Positions 1 through 14,300 of a DNA stretch of 64,000 nt are shown here, one piece after another (within the stretch, counting starts at the first letter, position 1; each line of letters begins with the position of its first letter). The stretch is from Octopus sinensis. Lineage: Eukaryota. The notes under the pieces are model-generated. The model made no database searches and was not told where the DNA came from. It saw nothing but the letters and a program-made list of their open reading frames with translations. The stretch is from positions 9,114,001 through 9,178,000 of the forward strand of contig NC_043021.1 in assembly GCF_006345805.1 (NCBI RefSeq), given 5' to 3'. The translations under genes were made by a program, and so were the position numbers.

Positions 1-386
1 ACACACATACACAAACATCTATATATATATATATATATATACATACACCACACACACACAAACATCTATATATACACGCATAAATGTATATATATATATA
101 TGTATATATATACACACACACATATATATGTATATATTTATGCGTTTGTTTGTTTTTTTTTTTTTAGCCCTGATGCAAATGCATTCCAACCTTGACCACC
201 ACATCCTTTCCTCAGGCATTGCAATATCTAGGAGTGCATCCTTCACTTTGTATTCTCATTCTCAAGATTGTATAGTGTGAACGCAAGAGAGTTTTGGCTG
301 CTATTTTCAGCTTGATGAACATTACAGCAACCCCAGTGTCGGGGTGTACACTTGAATGTCTTATATTACATAAATGCGCATATGCG

Positions 387-432
<46 letters not shown>

Positions 433-433
433 T

Positions 434-471
<38 letters not shown>

Positions 472-769
472 AGGAGTGGCTGTGTGGTAAGCAGCTTGCT
501 TACCAACCACATGGTTGCATTTTGTTTTTTGTTTTCTTATCTGAGAAAAATCTGGCTTTAAAGCTATACAGTGTTAAAAAAATAACAAAAAAAAAAACAA
601 ACAACAGCACAGCAATCTTCAGAGCAGGACAATTCCCTTTTGCCTTCTTCTTCTGAAGAATATGGTGACTTTAACACTATATGTCTTTGACCCTTCAGCA
701 TTTAAGCCAGCCATATCAGGCTGAAATCTTCTACATGTTTTATGTTCAAACTGACCAGGTCTGGCCACT

Positions 770-1716
770 TATACCTATTTCTTTACTACCCACAAGGGGC
801 TAAACACAGAGGGGACAAAACAAGGACAGACAAACGGATTAAATCGATTATATCGACCCCAGTGCATAACTGGTACTTATTTAATCGACTCCGAAAGGAT
901 GAAAGGCAAAGTCGACCTCGGCGGAATTTGAACTCAGAACGTAGCGACAGACGAAATACCTATTTCTTTACTACCCACAAGGGGCTAAACACAGAGGGGA
1001 CAAACGGATTAAATCGATTATATCGACCCCAGTGCGTAACTGGTACTTATTTAATCGACTCCAAAAGGATGAAAGGCAAAGTCGACCTCGGCGGAATTTG
1101 AACTCAGAACGTAGTGGCAGACGAAATACCTATTTCTTTACTACCCACAAGGGGCTAAACACAGAGGGGACAAACAAGGATAGACAAACGGATTAAATCG
1201 ATTATATCGACCCCAGTGCATAACTGGTACTTATTTAATCGACTCCGAAAGGATGAAAGGCAAAGTCGACCTCGGCGGAATTTGAACTCAGAACGTAGCG
1301 ACAGACGAAATACCTATTTCTTTACTACCCACAAGGGGCTAAACACAGAGGGGACAAACGGATTAAATCGATTATATCGACCCCAGTGCGTAACTGGTAC
1401 TTATTTAATCGACTCCGAAAGGATGAAAGGCAAAGTTGACCTCGGCGGAATTTGAACTCAGAACGTAGTGGCAGACAAAATGCCTATTTCTTTACTACCC
1501 ACAAGGGGCTAAACACAGAGGGGACAAACAAGGACAGACAAACGGATTAAATCGATTACATCGACCCCAGTGCGTAACTGGTACTTATTTAATCGATCCC
1601 GAAAGGATGAAAGGCAAAGTCGACCTCGGTGGAATTTGAACTCAGAACGTAGCGGCTGACGAAATACCGCTAAGCATTTCACCCAGCGTGCTAACGATTC
1701 TGCCAGCTCGCCACCT
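770..1716 (-). mobile_element. Tandem array (5 units of ~175-190 bp) of a tRNA-derived SINE; similar arrays at ~27340-28290, 49910-50325 and 59895-60515
   Basis: Repeated body gagttcaaattccgccgaggtcgactttgcctttcatcctttcggggtcg; the ggcgagctggcaga head is present only on the last unit. Confidence 0.88.
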
Positions 1717-2257
1717 TCCGGCCACTCATACTTACCCTACACAATGTCATTCTAATAATATACTGTCACATCATTGAAATCTAGAAGCAGCGAGATAATG
1801 CATAATTAATTCTAACTAATTTGAATAAATAAGCATTAAGTTTGATAGAATTATCTGAATGCGAAAGGGTTAAGGAGATTTCATTTTTTTTTTCCTCAGA
1901 TGAAAAACCACATTTGTAGTGTGTGTGTGTGTGTGTGTACACGTGTATAAGGAAAAGGATTAGAAACAATCCAAAACTGACATTGTAGGGCACCAAAATG
2001 TGGGATTTTCCTTGCAAGTCAATGTAACAGCCAAACCTCTCTCTCTCTCTTCACTGATATCAAGAAAAAGAAAGTCAAATGCCATGTGAGAAGTTTCCAA
2101 AAGCGAAGCTATACTACGAAGACAGATTGTCCTCAGTGAGGAGATATGGTGGTCAAGGGCTGACCTTTGACAAAAACCTATGCAAGGCAGGGCATCTTAG
2201 TCGTATAGGTACAATGAACAAGAACCTGAGAGAAGGATGACAGTAGCTGAGGAACTG

Positions 2258-2668
2258 TGATGGTGGGAAGATAGTGGTGTTATGATTATTGGTGGTGGTG
2301 GTCGTGGTGGGAAAATGGTGTTATGATTACTGGTGGTAGTGATGGTGGTGGTGGGAAAATAGTGTTATGATTATTGGTGGTGGTGGTGTGGTGGTGGTGG
2401 TGGTAGTGGTGGGAAAATGGTGTTATGATTACTGGTGGTGGTGGGAGGATAATGGTGTTATGATTATTGGTGGTGGTGGTCGTGGTGGGAAAATGGTGTT
2501 ATGATTATTGGTGGTGGTGGTCGTGGTGGGAAAATGGTGTTATGATTATTGGCGGTGGTGGGAAAATAGTAGTGTTATGATTATTGGTGGTGGTGGTCGT
2601 GGTGGGAAAATAGTAGTGTTATGATTAGTGGTGGTGGTGGTCGTGGTGGTGCCAGTGATGGTGGTAGA
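2258..2668. repeat. G-rich ~40-bp minisatellite (ggtggtggtcgtggtgggaaaatggtgttatgattatt)
   Basis: About 9 degenerate tandem copies. Confidence 0.85.
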
Positions 2669-5433
2669 ATTATGTATGCTGCAATTCTTTCATGCCATTT
2701 ATGGTAAATGCTTCTTCACACATCATTGTTAGTAGAAAGAATAACAAGAACACAAAGATTGCATGTGACAGAGAGAGAGAGCTGATGTGCATGCAAAACA
2801 AGTACAGTGTGCATCAGAGGTAGTGTGTGAGATAGAAAGAGAGAGAGAGAGAGAGAGGAAAATGTATGGAAGCGCTTTGCCATTTTGTTACCATATTTCT
2901 TATTTCTTTACTGCCCACAAGGGGCTACACACAGACGGGACAAACAAGGACAGACAAAGGTATTAAGTTGATTATATCGACCCCAGTGTGTAACTGGTAT
3001 TTATTTAATCGACCCCGAAAAGATGAAAAGCAAAGTCGACCTTGGCGGAATTTGAACTCAGAACGTTAAGACGGACGACATACCGCTAAGCATTTTGCCA
3101 GGCGTGCTAACGATTCTTATTTCTTTACTGCCCACAAGGGGTTACACACAGAGGGGACAGACAAACGGATTAAATCGATTATATCAACCCCAGTGCGTAA
3201 CTGGTACTTATTTAATCGACCCCGAAAGGATGGAAAGCAAAGTCGACCGTGGCGGAATTTGAACTCAGAATGTAACGGCAGACAAGATACGGCTACACAT
3301 TTCGCCCGGCATGCTAACGTTTTTGCCAGCTCGCCACCTTTAGCCATATTTCTGTTGAAATACAACCTAATTATTGCAATTAATTTTGAAAATTCACTAG
3401 AATTTACTAAAATATCTTTGTCATTATGAAACTGGTAATTGGAACATAAATGAACATGGAAGCTTAGAGAGAGAGAGAGAGAAAGAGAGAGAGAACGTTT
3501 TTAGGGAAATCTCATAATACCATGGTTCTAACAGGAATATGACAATCATAAAATTGATTTTGTTGTTTAGCCCAAGGTCAGCTCTGTTCCTGTAGACCTG
3601 TGATGAAAGGCATTCCAGCAATCTTCTTATTATCCTCTTTGAGGTCTGAGGGAGATTTAGCTGCTATTTCTGGCAGGTTGTACAAGTGAGCACAAAGTTG
3701 TTTCCTCATTTATTGTGTTTTTTTTTTAAAAAAAAGGGATTAAAGAAAAGATACTGCAGTCCACTGCTGGACATAGCCCTCTTCACATCTGAAGATTTCT
3801 GGCTGTATCAGTAACTTGATGCTAACTGCACAAGTAATTCTTACCAGTTGAATGGACTGGAGTAACAAAGTAAAGTACCTTTTTTTCAAAGACACAATGC
3901 ACCTACTAGACCAGGAATCAGTCCTAAAACCTTATGGCTAGCTGGTCACCTAAACCTTAGGTCACATGCGTACTTGTGATGCTTTAAACTAAAGTACCAT
4001 GCTCAAGAAGAAACAGAGGATATGCAGAGACAGATCAAACTGTAATGACAGTTTGCGACGATTTCATCTCAATCGAAGGAGAGGGGGCTTTCTCCGTCCG
4101 GGTTGCGGATCCGTGGAATAAGATGCCGACGACCGCTCGGTTCAAAGTCTCTCTTGACCAGAAATGGCCTGAACTCTTTGCATGAATATCCTCCCTGTAC
4201 ATAACTCCATGTCCCCCTACATGGCCTTGCTTTTTGCTTTTTGAGCCAAAAAATTAACTTAACTGTCTGTCCTACTGCAGACATCCTCTTCAATGGCAGA
4301 AGCACACTAAAGTACACATACAGCCTATGTTGCATAGCAGTTGGTAATGAGAAGGGCATCCAGCCCCAACTTTAATTCCCAGTCAGCCTTAATCAGCAGA
4401 CCTATGATCATAGGCATTCCAACTGTGACCCTCTTGTGCAGGGAAGTGAAGTGAAGACCACACTATCCAATGTGTCCTTTTCTAGGATAATAGTGTGTGA
4501 TTTAAGGGAGATTTGGTTACTATTTCCAGCATTGATCGACCGCATAAAGGTTCCCATTGCAAGTTAGACAACGTACAGAAGAATGGATGATGGCAAATTT
4601 CACGACAAATATTTGGTTATTTTTCTCGAACCCACCAAGTGAGTACTAAGAAGGATATGAGAAGTTGTGGTATTCAAGCATTTCCTCTCCTATAAAAGAC
4701 TTAGCAACACAAGCATAAAGAAACAGTTAACTAAAACCAACAAGAGGTCCTGTAGGTGGCTACTCCATCTGCTAGAAATAACAGCCAAATCACTCCTACT
4801 ATCTTGAAAAAGAGCACAACTTAAATAATATTACTTTAGACATAGAACTGGACTGTCTTTTATCAAAGGACTGTTCAAACGAATTTGACCCAGGGTTAAA
4901 CAATTCGACTGAATACTAGTATACAATTTTTATAATCAATATTGGATTCCTTTTATACTGGATGGCCACGAACCACATCTTCCACCTATTGCCTCAATAG
5001 TACAACTTATGATCGTGATGATAATGATAGTGATGATGCTGCTGAAAGGGGGGGGGTAAAAATCGATTTATTAACCAGAAAAATTAAGAAAAAGTTATCA
5101 AAAGTAACAAAGGTAAAAAAAAAAAAATTTGTTGATAATAGCATCATGAAGAGGATGATGATGATGATAATGATGATTATGTTTTCCATTTATACACTCG
5201 CTAACAAACCATTGTATTTCACTAAGCAATGTGTGTGAGTGTGTGTGTGTATGTGTTTATGTGTGTTCGTTTTTCGATACTAGAAAGCAAAACAATGAAA
5301 AAAAAAAAAAAAAAAAAACAGCAACTAAATTCCATCCAACTCCAGTTCCATCATGAAACACCAGTGTACATGTATACACACACATATACATACATGCACA
5401 GATGCATGCACACACACACACAAACATGTGTGA

Positions 5434-5499
<66 letters not shown>

Positions 5500-5747
5500 T
5501 AAAATGCTTTCTACTCTCTTACATGCAATCTTGGAATATTTAGAAAGGGATATTGCAGTCCACACTGCGGGGACGTGGCCCTCTTCACATCTGAAGAATC
5601 TGGGGACAATATCAGTAACTCAATGCTAACCGCATAAGTAATCCTTGCCGGCTGAATGTACAGGAGCAACATGAAGTAAAATGCCTTGAGGGACATAAAA
5701 AGTTTTTATCTTGTATGTGTGTGTGCAAATATATATTTATATATATA

Positions 5748-5971
5748 TATATTAATTATAATAAAGGGTTAATTGCAACAAGTTGCTCAAAACCACATAC
5801 CGAAAATATTAGAAATAGCAGCCAAATTGATCGCTATTTCTCCTACTAATAAAAAAAAAAAAATTAAAAAAAGTAGGAGAAATAGTGATCAATTTGGCTG
5901 CTATTTCTAATATTTTCGGTATGTGGTTTTGAGCAACTTGTTGCAATTAACCCTTTATTATAATTAATATA
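5748..5971. repeat. Near-perfect inverted repeat, 100-bp arms with a 24-nt A-rich loop
   Basis: Arm 5748-5847 is the reverse complement of 5872-5971, with one mismatch (5833/5886). Confidence 0.95.
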
Positions 5972-6239
5972 ATTCTTACCAAATATGGTCTTTTCCATAC
6001 CGATAAATCTACTAGGTGAAATTTATTAATTTTTTTTAATTAATTATATTTCACCCTTTTTTGTATGTATATATATATATATATATGCATACATACATAC
6101 ATGTTTGTATATACATTTATTTATAAGTATATATACATATTTATACAGGCACACTTACACACACACACACATACACATACACACACACACACATACACAC
6201 ATGTAAGGGACACAATTGCTGGTCCCTTCATTCTCTCAG

Positions 6240-6682
6240 CTACTCAATTAATTCAAACAGGAGAAATAAACGTTTAAGATGTGTTGGGAATTTCGGTAAC
6301 ATCTCCTTCAGTTTTAGCTCTATCTTGTAGATGTTGTAGACGGTGGTGATGTCTTTGATGAAGACGTCCAAGTAGGCGTCCGACACACACTGCGTCTGCT
6401 GGCATTCTCCTGTCGACCCGTCAGCGTCAACGGCCGAATGTGAACAGTCATTTCGGTGACATTTACATGGGTCGGTTGACGCCTCGCTGTCACACAGCGA
6501 CAGCGACATTGACGGTTCGTGACGGCTTTGCTTGGCCTTCGCCCTCCAGGTGATGTATGGCAGCTGGGCAGTATTGAGGTAACAACGGATGAGATGGAAC
6601 ACAAAACAGGAATACTTCTCGATCTGGGAGTACGTGAGCTTTGCAACAGTCTCTGAATTATTTGGGCATGGAGGTTTCACAT
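6240..6682 (-). CDS. SLF1: SLF1 terminal coding exon (DVKPPCP...LFELIE stop)
   Basis: ttcag|AT acceptor in phase 1; open to the TAG at 6240-6242 (ORF 6240..6725). Confidence 0.88.
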
Positions 6683-9600
6683 CTGAAAGAAAGATGAAAG
6701 AACTGAGAAAGCAAATTTTAGACAAATTTCACATCATCCAATCAATGTTTATCATTTATGCCTTAACCCTTTAGTGTTTAAACCGGCCATATCCGGCCAA
6801 AATATTCTACCTATTTTATGTTCAAACTAGTCAGATATAGTCATTCATAGCTACCTTATTGTGTCATTTTAAGAATAAAGAATCACATCATTGAAATCTC
6901 AAAGCCATGAAATGATGCAAGATTAATTTTACATGGTGTGAATACATAAGCTTTACATTTGACAGAATAATCTGAATGCTAAAGGGTTAATTAAAAGAAG
7001 GGAGGTTTAACTGGTAACAAATTAAAATTTACTCCCCTTTAACTATTGATTCAAATGCGTCTATCTTTTATCCTTTATCTTTTATTGGATCATCCCTTAA
7101 ATAATGCAGCTTTTTTCAATCGCATGAATTAAAATTCGGAGGGGGGCAGGACACACTACCTGCATCAACTTGCTATAAAAGCAGGTAATAATTTTACCAG
7201 GCGCAGGAGTGGCTGTGTGTTAAGTAGCTTGCTTACGAACCACATGGTTCCGGGTTCAGTCCCACTGCATGGCACGTTGGGCAAGTGTCTTCTACTAGAG
7301 CCTCAGGCCGACCAAAGCCTTGTGAGTGGGATTGAACCTGGAACCATGCGGTTGGGAAGTAAGCATCATACCACACGCTCATGCCTGCACCTATATATAT
7401 AAAAAGCACCCACTACACTCTCGGAGTGGTTGGCGTTAGGAAGGGCATCCAGCTGTAGAAACTTTGCCAGATAAGACCGGAGCCTGGTGCAGCCTTCTGG
7501 CTTCCCAGATCCCCAGTCGAACTGTCCAACCCATGCTAGCATGGAGAACGGACGTTAAACGATGATGATGATGATGATGATGATATAGGCACACATGCCA
7601 TTGAGTTATATCCTTTAGGTGGACTTAGCCATTCATGTGACCAATACTTGGTCATATGGCCATTTAAGGCAGAGTTCTAGTAAGGCCAGCGTCCTATGAC
7701 TGAAACCAGTAAATGAATATAAAAAAAAAAAGAACTATTCAATTCTCACCGATTATATCCGAATGATTTGATTGGTTAATGGAATTGTTGGCATCAGGAA
7801 GAAATGTATTCAGAACAGCAACCATTTCTTCTGTGGTGGCCAAGTCAAGTGGTGTGGCACCATCAATGGTCTTCAACTGGAGCAGTTTTGGTCCTTCCAA
7901 TAACAAAAGTAATGAACAGATACAGAAATAATCACGTAAAACAACATCGGATGATAACAAAAAGACATCAACATATCCAAATTCTTCATTAACCTCAAAG
8001 GAAATGTAAAGAATCATATAGTAACGAAACATTATTTTATGCCTTGTTTTCCATGCTGGCATGGGTAGAATGGTTCGACAGGATTTAACGGATCAGAGAA
8101 CCTTATTTTGACCCTATGTCTCCTTTCAGACATGGTTTCTAGAACTGAATGCCCTTCATTAACACCAATCACTTTACAGAAAGGACTGGATCTTGTCTTG
8201 TCTTGTCTTGAGACAGCATTCACCCGGGGTGGGTTGAGCTGGCTTCATTCATCCTCAATGCTGCATCTCTCACAAACGCCAACCAGGCCTGGCCATTTGA
8301 ACAACACACACAATTATGTATCAAAAAGTTGAGGCAGTTGTCTTAGGGTCGCAACACACAGGCAACATGTGTTTCGTTAGCAATATAATGATTAAAGGAT
8401 TAATAAAGTTCACAAGTTTAGATGTTAAATTCATATGCCTTGAAGAAACAGAAATAAAAGACCCCCTTCGGTCATGAATGACCATGGGATTGCACCTAGA
8501 AAGTTACCCTCCTAGACACAAGTCCAGGCAAGGTTGTTTATGGAAGACCAGCAGTCGCCCATGCATACCAGCCTCCCCTCTCCACACCACCAGTGTTATC
8601 CAAGGGAAAGGCAAAGGTCGATACAGCTTGGCACCAGTGACGTCACAACTCATTTCTACAGCTGAGTGAACTGGAGCAACGTGAAATAAAGTGCCTTGCT
8701 CAAGAACACAACACGCAGCCCGGTCCAGGATTCGAGCTCACAACCTCACGATCGTAAGCTCAACGCTCTAACCACTGAGCCATGGAGAAACAGAAATACA
8801 GATGTATAAACTGAAGGCCTTCTTAGGAGACAGTTTAAATCTCTCTCTCTCTCTCTCTCTGATGTATGGATTTGATGAAAGCCTCAAAACGTTGAAACTG
8901 ATGTCTCCTCACACTATCTGAACTTATCCAAATTTGCAAAACTCTCCTATTTACCTTTGTACTTGAGCAAGAGCTGGGCGCAAGCAATGCTTTCATTCAA
9001 AACTGCATCATGCAGTGGGGTGATGAGGTCTTCAGCTGTAGCACAGACATCAACCCTGGTACTTTGGGGTTGACTGTAACCTTTAAACAAACAAAAACAA
9101 AACAAATATTAACTTCTAGCATCATTATCATCTGCAAAGTCGTCCTGTTAAGTTAAGTTAATTTTTTGGCTCAAAAAGCAAAAGCAAGGCCATGTAGGGG
9201 GACATGGAGTTATGTACAGGGAGGGTGTTCATGCAAAGAGTTCAGGCCATTTCTGGTCAAGAGAGTCTTTGAACCGAGCAGTCTTCGGCATCTTCACTAT
9301 CTCATCCGGCAGCTTATTCCACGGATCCGCAACCCGGATGGAGAAAGCCCCTCTCCTTCGATTGAGATGAAATCGTCGCAGATAGAGCTTTTCGGAGTGA
9401 CCCCGCAGCCGACGCTCTGGAGCAGGAGTGAAGAACAGCTCTTTCAAGAGGTTACACTTTCCGCTTATGATGTGAGCAAGAATGAGATCACCACGGCGGC
9501 TGCGTTTTTCTAGAGAATAAAGGTCGAGCATCTTCAGCCTTTCTTCATAAGATAAATGCTTGAGACCAAGAACCATGCGGGTAGCCAGCTTCTGGACTCT

Positions 9601-10544
9601 TTCGAGATGCTGTATGTCTTTGAGGAGATAAGGAGAAGAGGCTTGAATCCCGTACTCCAATATGGGAGATCACCATGTTGCACACATATGGTTGTGATGC
9701 ATGTGCCTGGTGTGCCCTTATCTGACAGGTAGTCATGATGGGTATACTTGGCTTCGTATATATTACCCCAGTGTCACTTTGATGGCATGCACTGCTCTCT
9801 CACTCAATAATAATAATAATAACAACAACAACGAAGCAGGAGAAGAAAGTTTAAAAGAAGAAAACTTACAAGCACTAAAGTATGAGTTGATGGTCCGCAC
9901 ACGGTTGAAGTTGAGAAGCTCAGTGACACATTCAGGGTGGTTGTGGTTACAGGCCTCATGGAGGGGTGTCCATCCATTGTTGTCTGTAGCATTCACATCA
10001 ATGCCTGCAAAATAGTAGTAGTAGTAGTAGTATGTAATCCCAAAAACATTTTAATCTGTAAACATTATCAAAACTACTTTTAAATGTACCTAATAGCAAA
10101 TACCTTTTACGGTCATCTTAATGGTCACACTACCATCGTACCATCAAATTACTTTTTAAAACAAACTTCTAGTTTTCCAGTATTTTGACAGACATTCTCT
10201 AGAACAGTGGTTTTCAACCAGGGTTCCGCCAGTACAGTCCAGGGGTTCCGCAAGAAGTTACAAAACTGCTAAAATCGGCAGTAATTTTTAATTCTCCTGT
10301 GCAGATATGTGTGCATAAGACAATTAAATTATTGCACAGGGGTTCCTCGAGCCAGTGGAATGTTTCCGTGGGGTTCCGCTCCAGCAAAAAGTTTGAAAAG
10401 CACTGCTCTACAACAATACTCTGTGCAAAACCAAATATATGGTATCCTAGTCATAACATTGACTTGAACTTCTAACCTGTCTCATGAGGTCTCTGGGTGA
10501 GGCTTGGAGTCAACTTGTACAATCACAAAGCAAAAGCCAAACAT

Positions 10545-10584
<40 letters not shown>

Positions 10585-11307
10585 CATGAGAGCTAGCACT
10601 CAAACCAAATGACCTCGCCTGCCTAGAATCGAACTCAGAATCTTCGGGTTAGTAGCCCACGCTCTTAAGCATATGGCGTAGTGGTTAAGAGCACGGGCTA
10701 CTAACCCCAAGATTCCCAGTTCAATTCTAGGCAGTGACCATAATAATAACAACAACAACATCTAAAAAAATACCTTAGGAATGAGAACCCAAGTTCAAAA
10801 TTTCCCCCAAATACCTGATGAAGGCTGGAGGGTATATCAGCCGAAGCATTATGTTAACAACAAACAAGATGAGGACAAATATCCGTCAAATATAAATAAT
10901 GTAAATAATGAGTTGAAAATATTTACATGAAGAGTCTAACAAAACTATCAGATTCCTTGAAATTTGCATGGTGGCCTCTATTATCAGTTCTGTGAGTGAT
11001 AATGGATATTTATATCCACAGGTAAAAAAACAGGTACAAAACCACAGCAGATGGGGCTGCATATATTTTTGTTGCCTGATTCAAAGCAGGTAAACAGTGC
11101 ACATGAATTTACATCAATTGATGTTATGGGATTAATACTAATACAATCAATATAGACAATTAACTAATTAATTGTGTTAACAACAAACAGGAGTGGCTGT
11201 GTGGTAAGTAGCTTGTTTACCAACCACATGGTTCCGGGTTCAGTCCCACCGCGTGGCACCTTGGGCAAGTGCCTTCTACTATAGCCTCGGGCTGACCAAA
11301 GCCCATC

Positions 11308-11371
<64 letters not shown>

Positions 11372-14300
11372 TTGTGTGTCTGTGTTTGTCCCCCTAGCAT
11401 CGCTTGACAACCGATGCTGGTGTGTTTATGTCCCCGTTACTTAGCGGTTCGGCAAAAGAGACCGATAGAATAAGTACTGGGCTTACAAAAGAATAATTCC
11501 CGGGGTCGATTTGCTCGATTAAAGGTGGTGCTCCAGCGTGGCCGCGGCCAAATGACTGAAACAAGTAAAAGTGTAAAAGTGTGTCTTACCTGGTAGTGTC
11601 AGCAAGTCACGCACCTGATCAACATCATTCTTCATACAGGCTATGTGCAGTTTTGTTTCACCTTCACCAAAGAAAGAGAAAATATTTGATAAAAGATTTT
11701 CAGTAAATCAAGTAGTAGTAGTTATTATTATTATTATTATGTAAGGTGGTAAGGTGGCAGAATTGTTAGCACGCTGGGTGAAATACTTAGTGGTATTTCA
11801 CCCACCGCTATGTTCTGCATTCAAATTCTGCTGAGGTCCACTTTGCCTTTCATCCTTTTGGGGTCAATAAATTAAGTACCAGTGAAACACTAGGGTTGAT
11901 GTAATTGACTTAACCCCTCCCACCAAATTTCAAGCCTTGTGCCTATAGCAGAAAGGATCATTATTATTATAATTATGTGAGAGAGTAATGCATGCCATCA
12001 ATATATGAAGCCCAATATACCGATCGTGACTATCTGTGTGTGACATGGTGACCCCGTATCAAGATAAACAGCACATCACCTTGCAGGTGGAGCCCAGTTG
12101 GAATTTTCTTCAGGTTCAGTATCCCATAATACTCAAAAGGTCCTTGAATAATGGTTGTTTAAGGATGATGAATGAAACACCCATCTTTCCAGGGATGAAT
12201 TATTCAAACACCAAAGAATTCCTCTCAACACTCCCCTACTACCCCGGTATATGATGAGGACAAATATCCATCAAATGTAAATAATGTAAATAAAGCACTT
12301 CTGCTGTTTGCTATAGCAATCAAACATAACTACAGGAACTAGAGGGAGTGAGTATTTAACCCTTTATCATTCAGATTTATCAAATGTAATGGCTCTTCAT
12401 CCACATCTCCTAAAATTAATCATATAGGCATAGGAGTGGCTGTGTGGTAAGTAGCTTGCTTACAAACCACATGATTCCGGGTTCAGTCCCACTGCATGGC
12501 ATCTTGGGCAAGTGTCTTCTGCTATAGCCCCGGGCTGACCAATGCCTTGTGAGTGGATTTGGTAGACGGAAACTGAAAGAAGCCCGTTGTATATATATGT
12601 ATAGATATATATATATGTATGTGTGTGCGTATATGTTTGTCCCCCCAACATCGTTTGACAACCGATGCTGGTGTGTTTACGTCCCCGTAACTTAGCGGTT
12701 CAGCAAAAAGACCAATTGAATAAGTACTGGGCTTACAAACAATAAGTCCCGGGGTCGATTTGCTTGACTAAAGGTGGGGCTCCAGCATGGCCGTAGTCAA
12801 ATGACTGAAACAAGTTAAAAGAGTATAGTATTTCAATAGCTTCAAGATTTTGAAGATGTGATTATTTTAGCATAACATGTAGGGTTATCAACTGCTATTT
12901 CCAGCAAAAACTGGGACCTTGAGAGGCTGGATTTGGCCAGTTTCAACCTCAAACAGGTAGAATATTCGGGCCTGACACGGACTGACAAATGCTAAAGGTT
13001 TAAAAACAACAAGCACATCAAAATGTGACCAAATGTCTCAATCAAAACGAAGGACAACATATATTTGAAACGGAGTTCATAAAAACGCAAAATTTACCTT
13101 TATAGTTTCTCTTGTTAACATTGCGTGCCAGCCGCTTTGTTAGAAACATCTTGTTGACAGGAGAGAGCCGAGAAGGCGACTGTGAATTAGACTCATTCTC
13201 AGACGTCAACTGGCAATTTGTTGAATCTTCTGCTAGTACATTATGTGATCTACAAACCAAAAATACAATATATAACAAAATACATATATACACATATATA
13301 TATTGCATACATACATTTATACATTCTATAACATATTTTAAGTTGGTGAGCTGGGCGAAATGCTTAGTGGTATTTCGTCCGTCTTTACATTCTGAGTTCA
13401 AATACCACCTATGTAGAAATTGCCTTTCATCCTTTTGGGGTCGATAAATTAATTACCGATTGCATACTGGGATCAATCTAATCAACTGCCCTCCCATCCC
13501 CACCCCCAAAAGTTTTGGGCCTTTTGCCTCGAGTAGAAACAGATTCTATAACATATTTTATTCCAGGAGATGACAAGTTCAAAAAGAAGCTATGCCTGGC
13601 CACTTAGAAGAAAGTACTCAAAGCCCAATCTGAGAGTTGATGAAAAATATTTAATCCATAATTGTTAGGCACAGGAGTTGCTGTGTAGTAAGTAGCTTGC
13701 TTACAAACCACATGGTTCCGGTTCAGTCCCACTGCATGGCACCTTGGGCAAGTGTCTTTTACTATAGCCTCGGGCCGACGGAAACTGAAAGAAGCCCGTC
13801 GTATATATGTATGTGTGTGTGTTTGTATGTCTGTGTGTCCCTCCCTCAACATCGCTTGACAACCGATGCTGGTGTGTTTACGTCCCTGTCACTTAGCGGT
13901 TCGGCAAAACAGACCGATAGAATGTCCTGGGGTCGATTTGCTTGACTAAAGGCGGAGCTCCAGCATGGCCACAGTCAAATGACTGAAACAAGTAAAAGAG
14001 TTAGTCTGATAAACTATATATTGTTTCTATGTCTCATTGAGAACTAAAGTGAAACAGAAAACCATATTTTGTTGGACTAACAATTATGGATTAAATATAT
14101 ATATGTATGTATGTGTTCTTATATATATATCTAGCGTCGAATGGTTATCAACTGCTATTTCCAGCAAAAACTGGGACCTTGTTGTGCCACTATTTCCAAT
14201 TTATAATTCTACCTTTACGGTGCTTTATTCCGCTGGAAAACAATACTATTGTATTGTAATAATATGTAGCGCATATCTTAAATTTAGTCTTTTCAGTAGA

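Noticed and set aside
19-656. Short [12 protein letters not shown] ORFs here and throughout the window
   Set aside because: These are translations of (TA)n, (CA)n and (GA)n microsatellites or of SINE bodies.
8860-8905. Possible hammerhead relic (ttgatga aagcctc aaaacgtt)
   Set aside because: The stems do not pair convincingly and both core boxes are altered.
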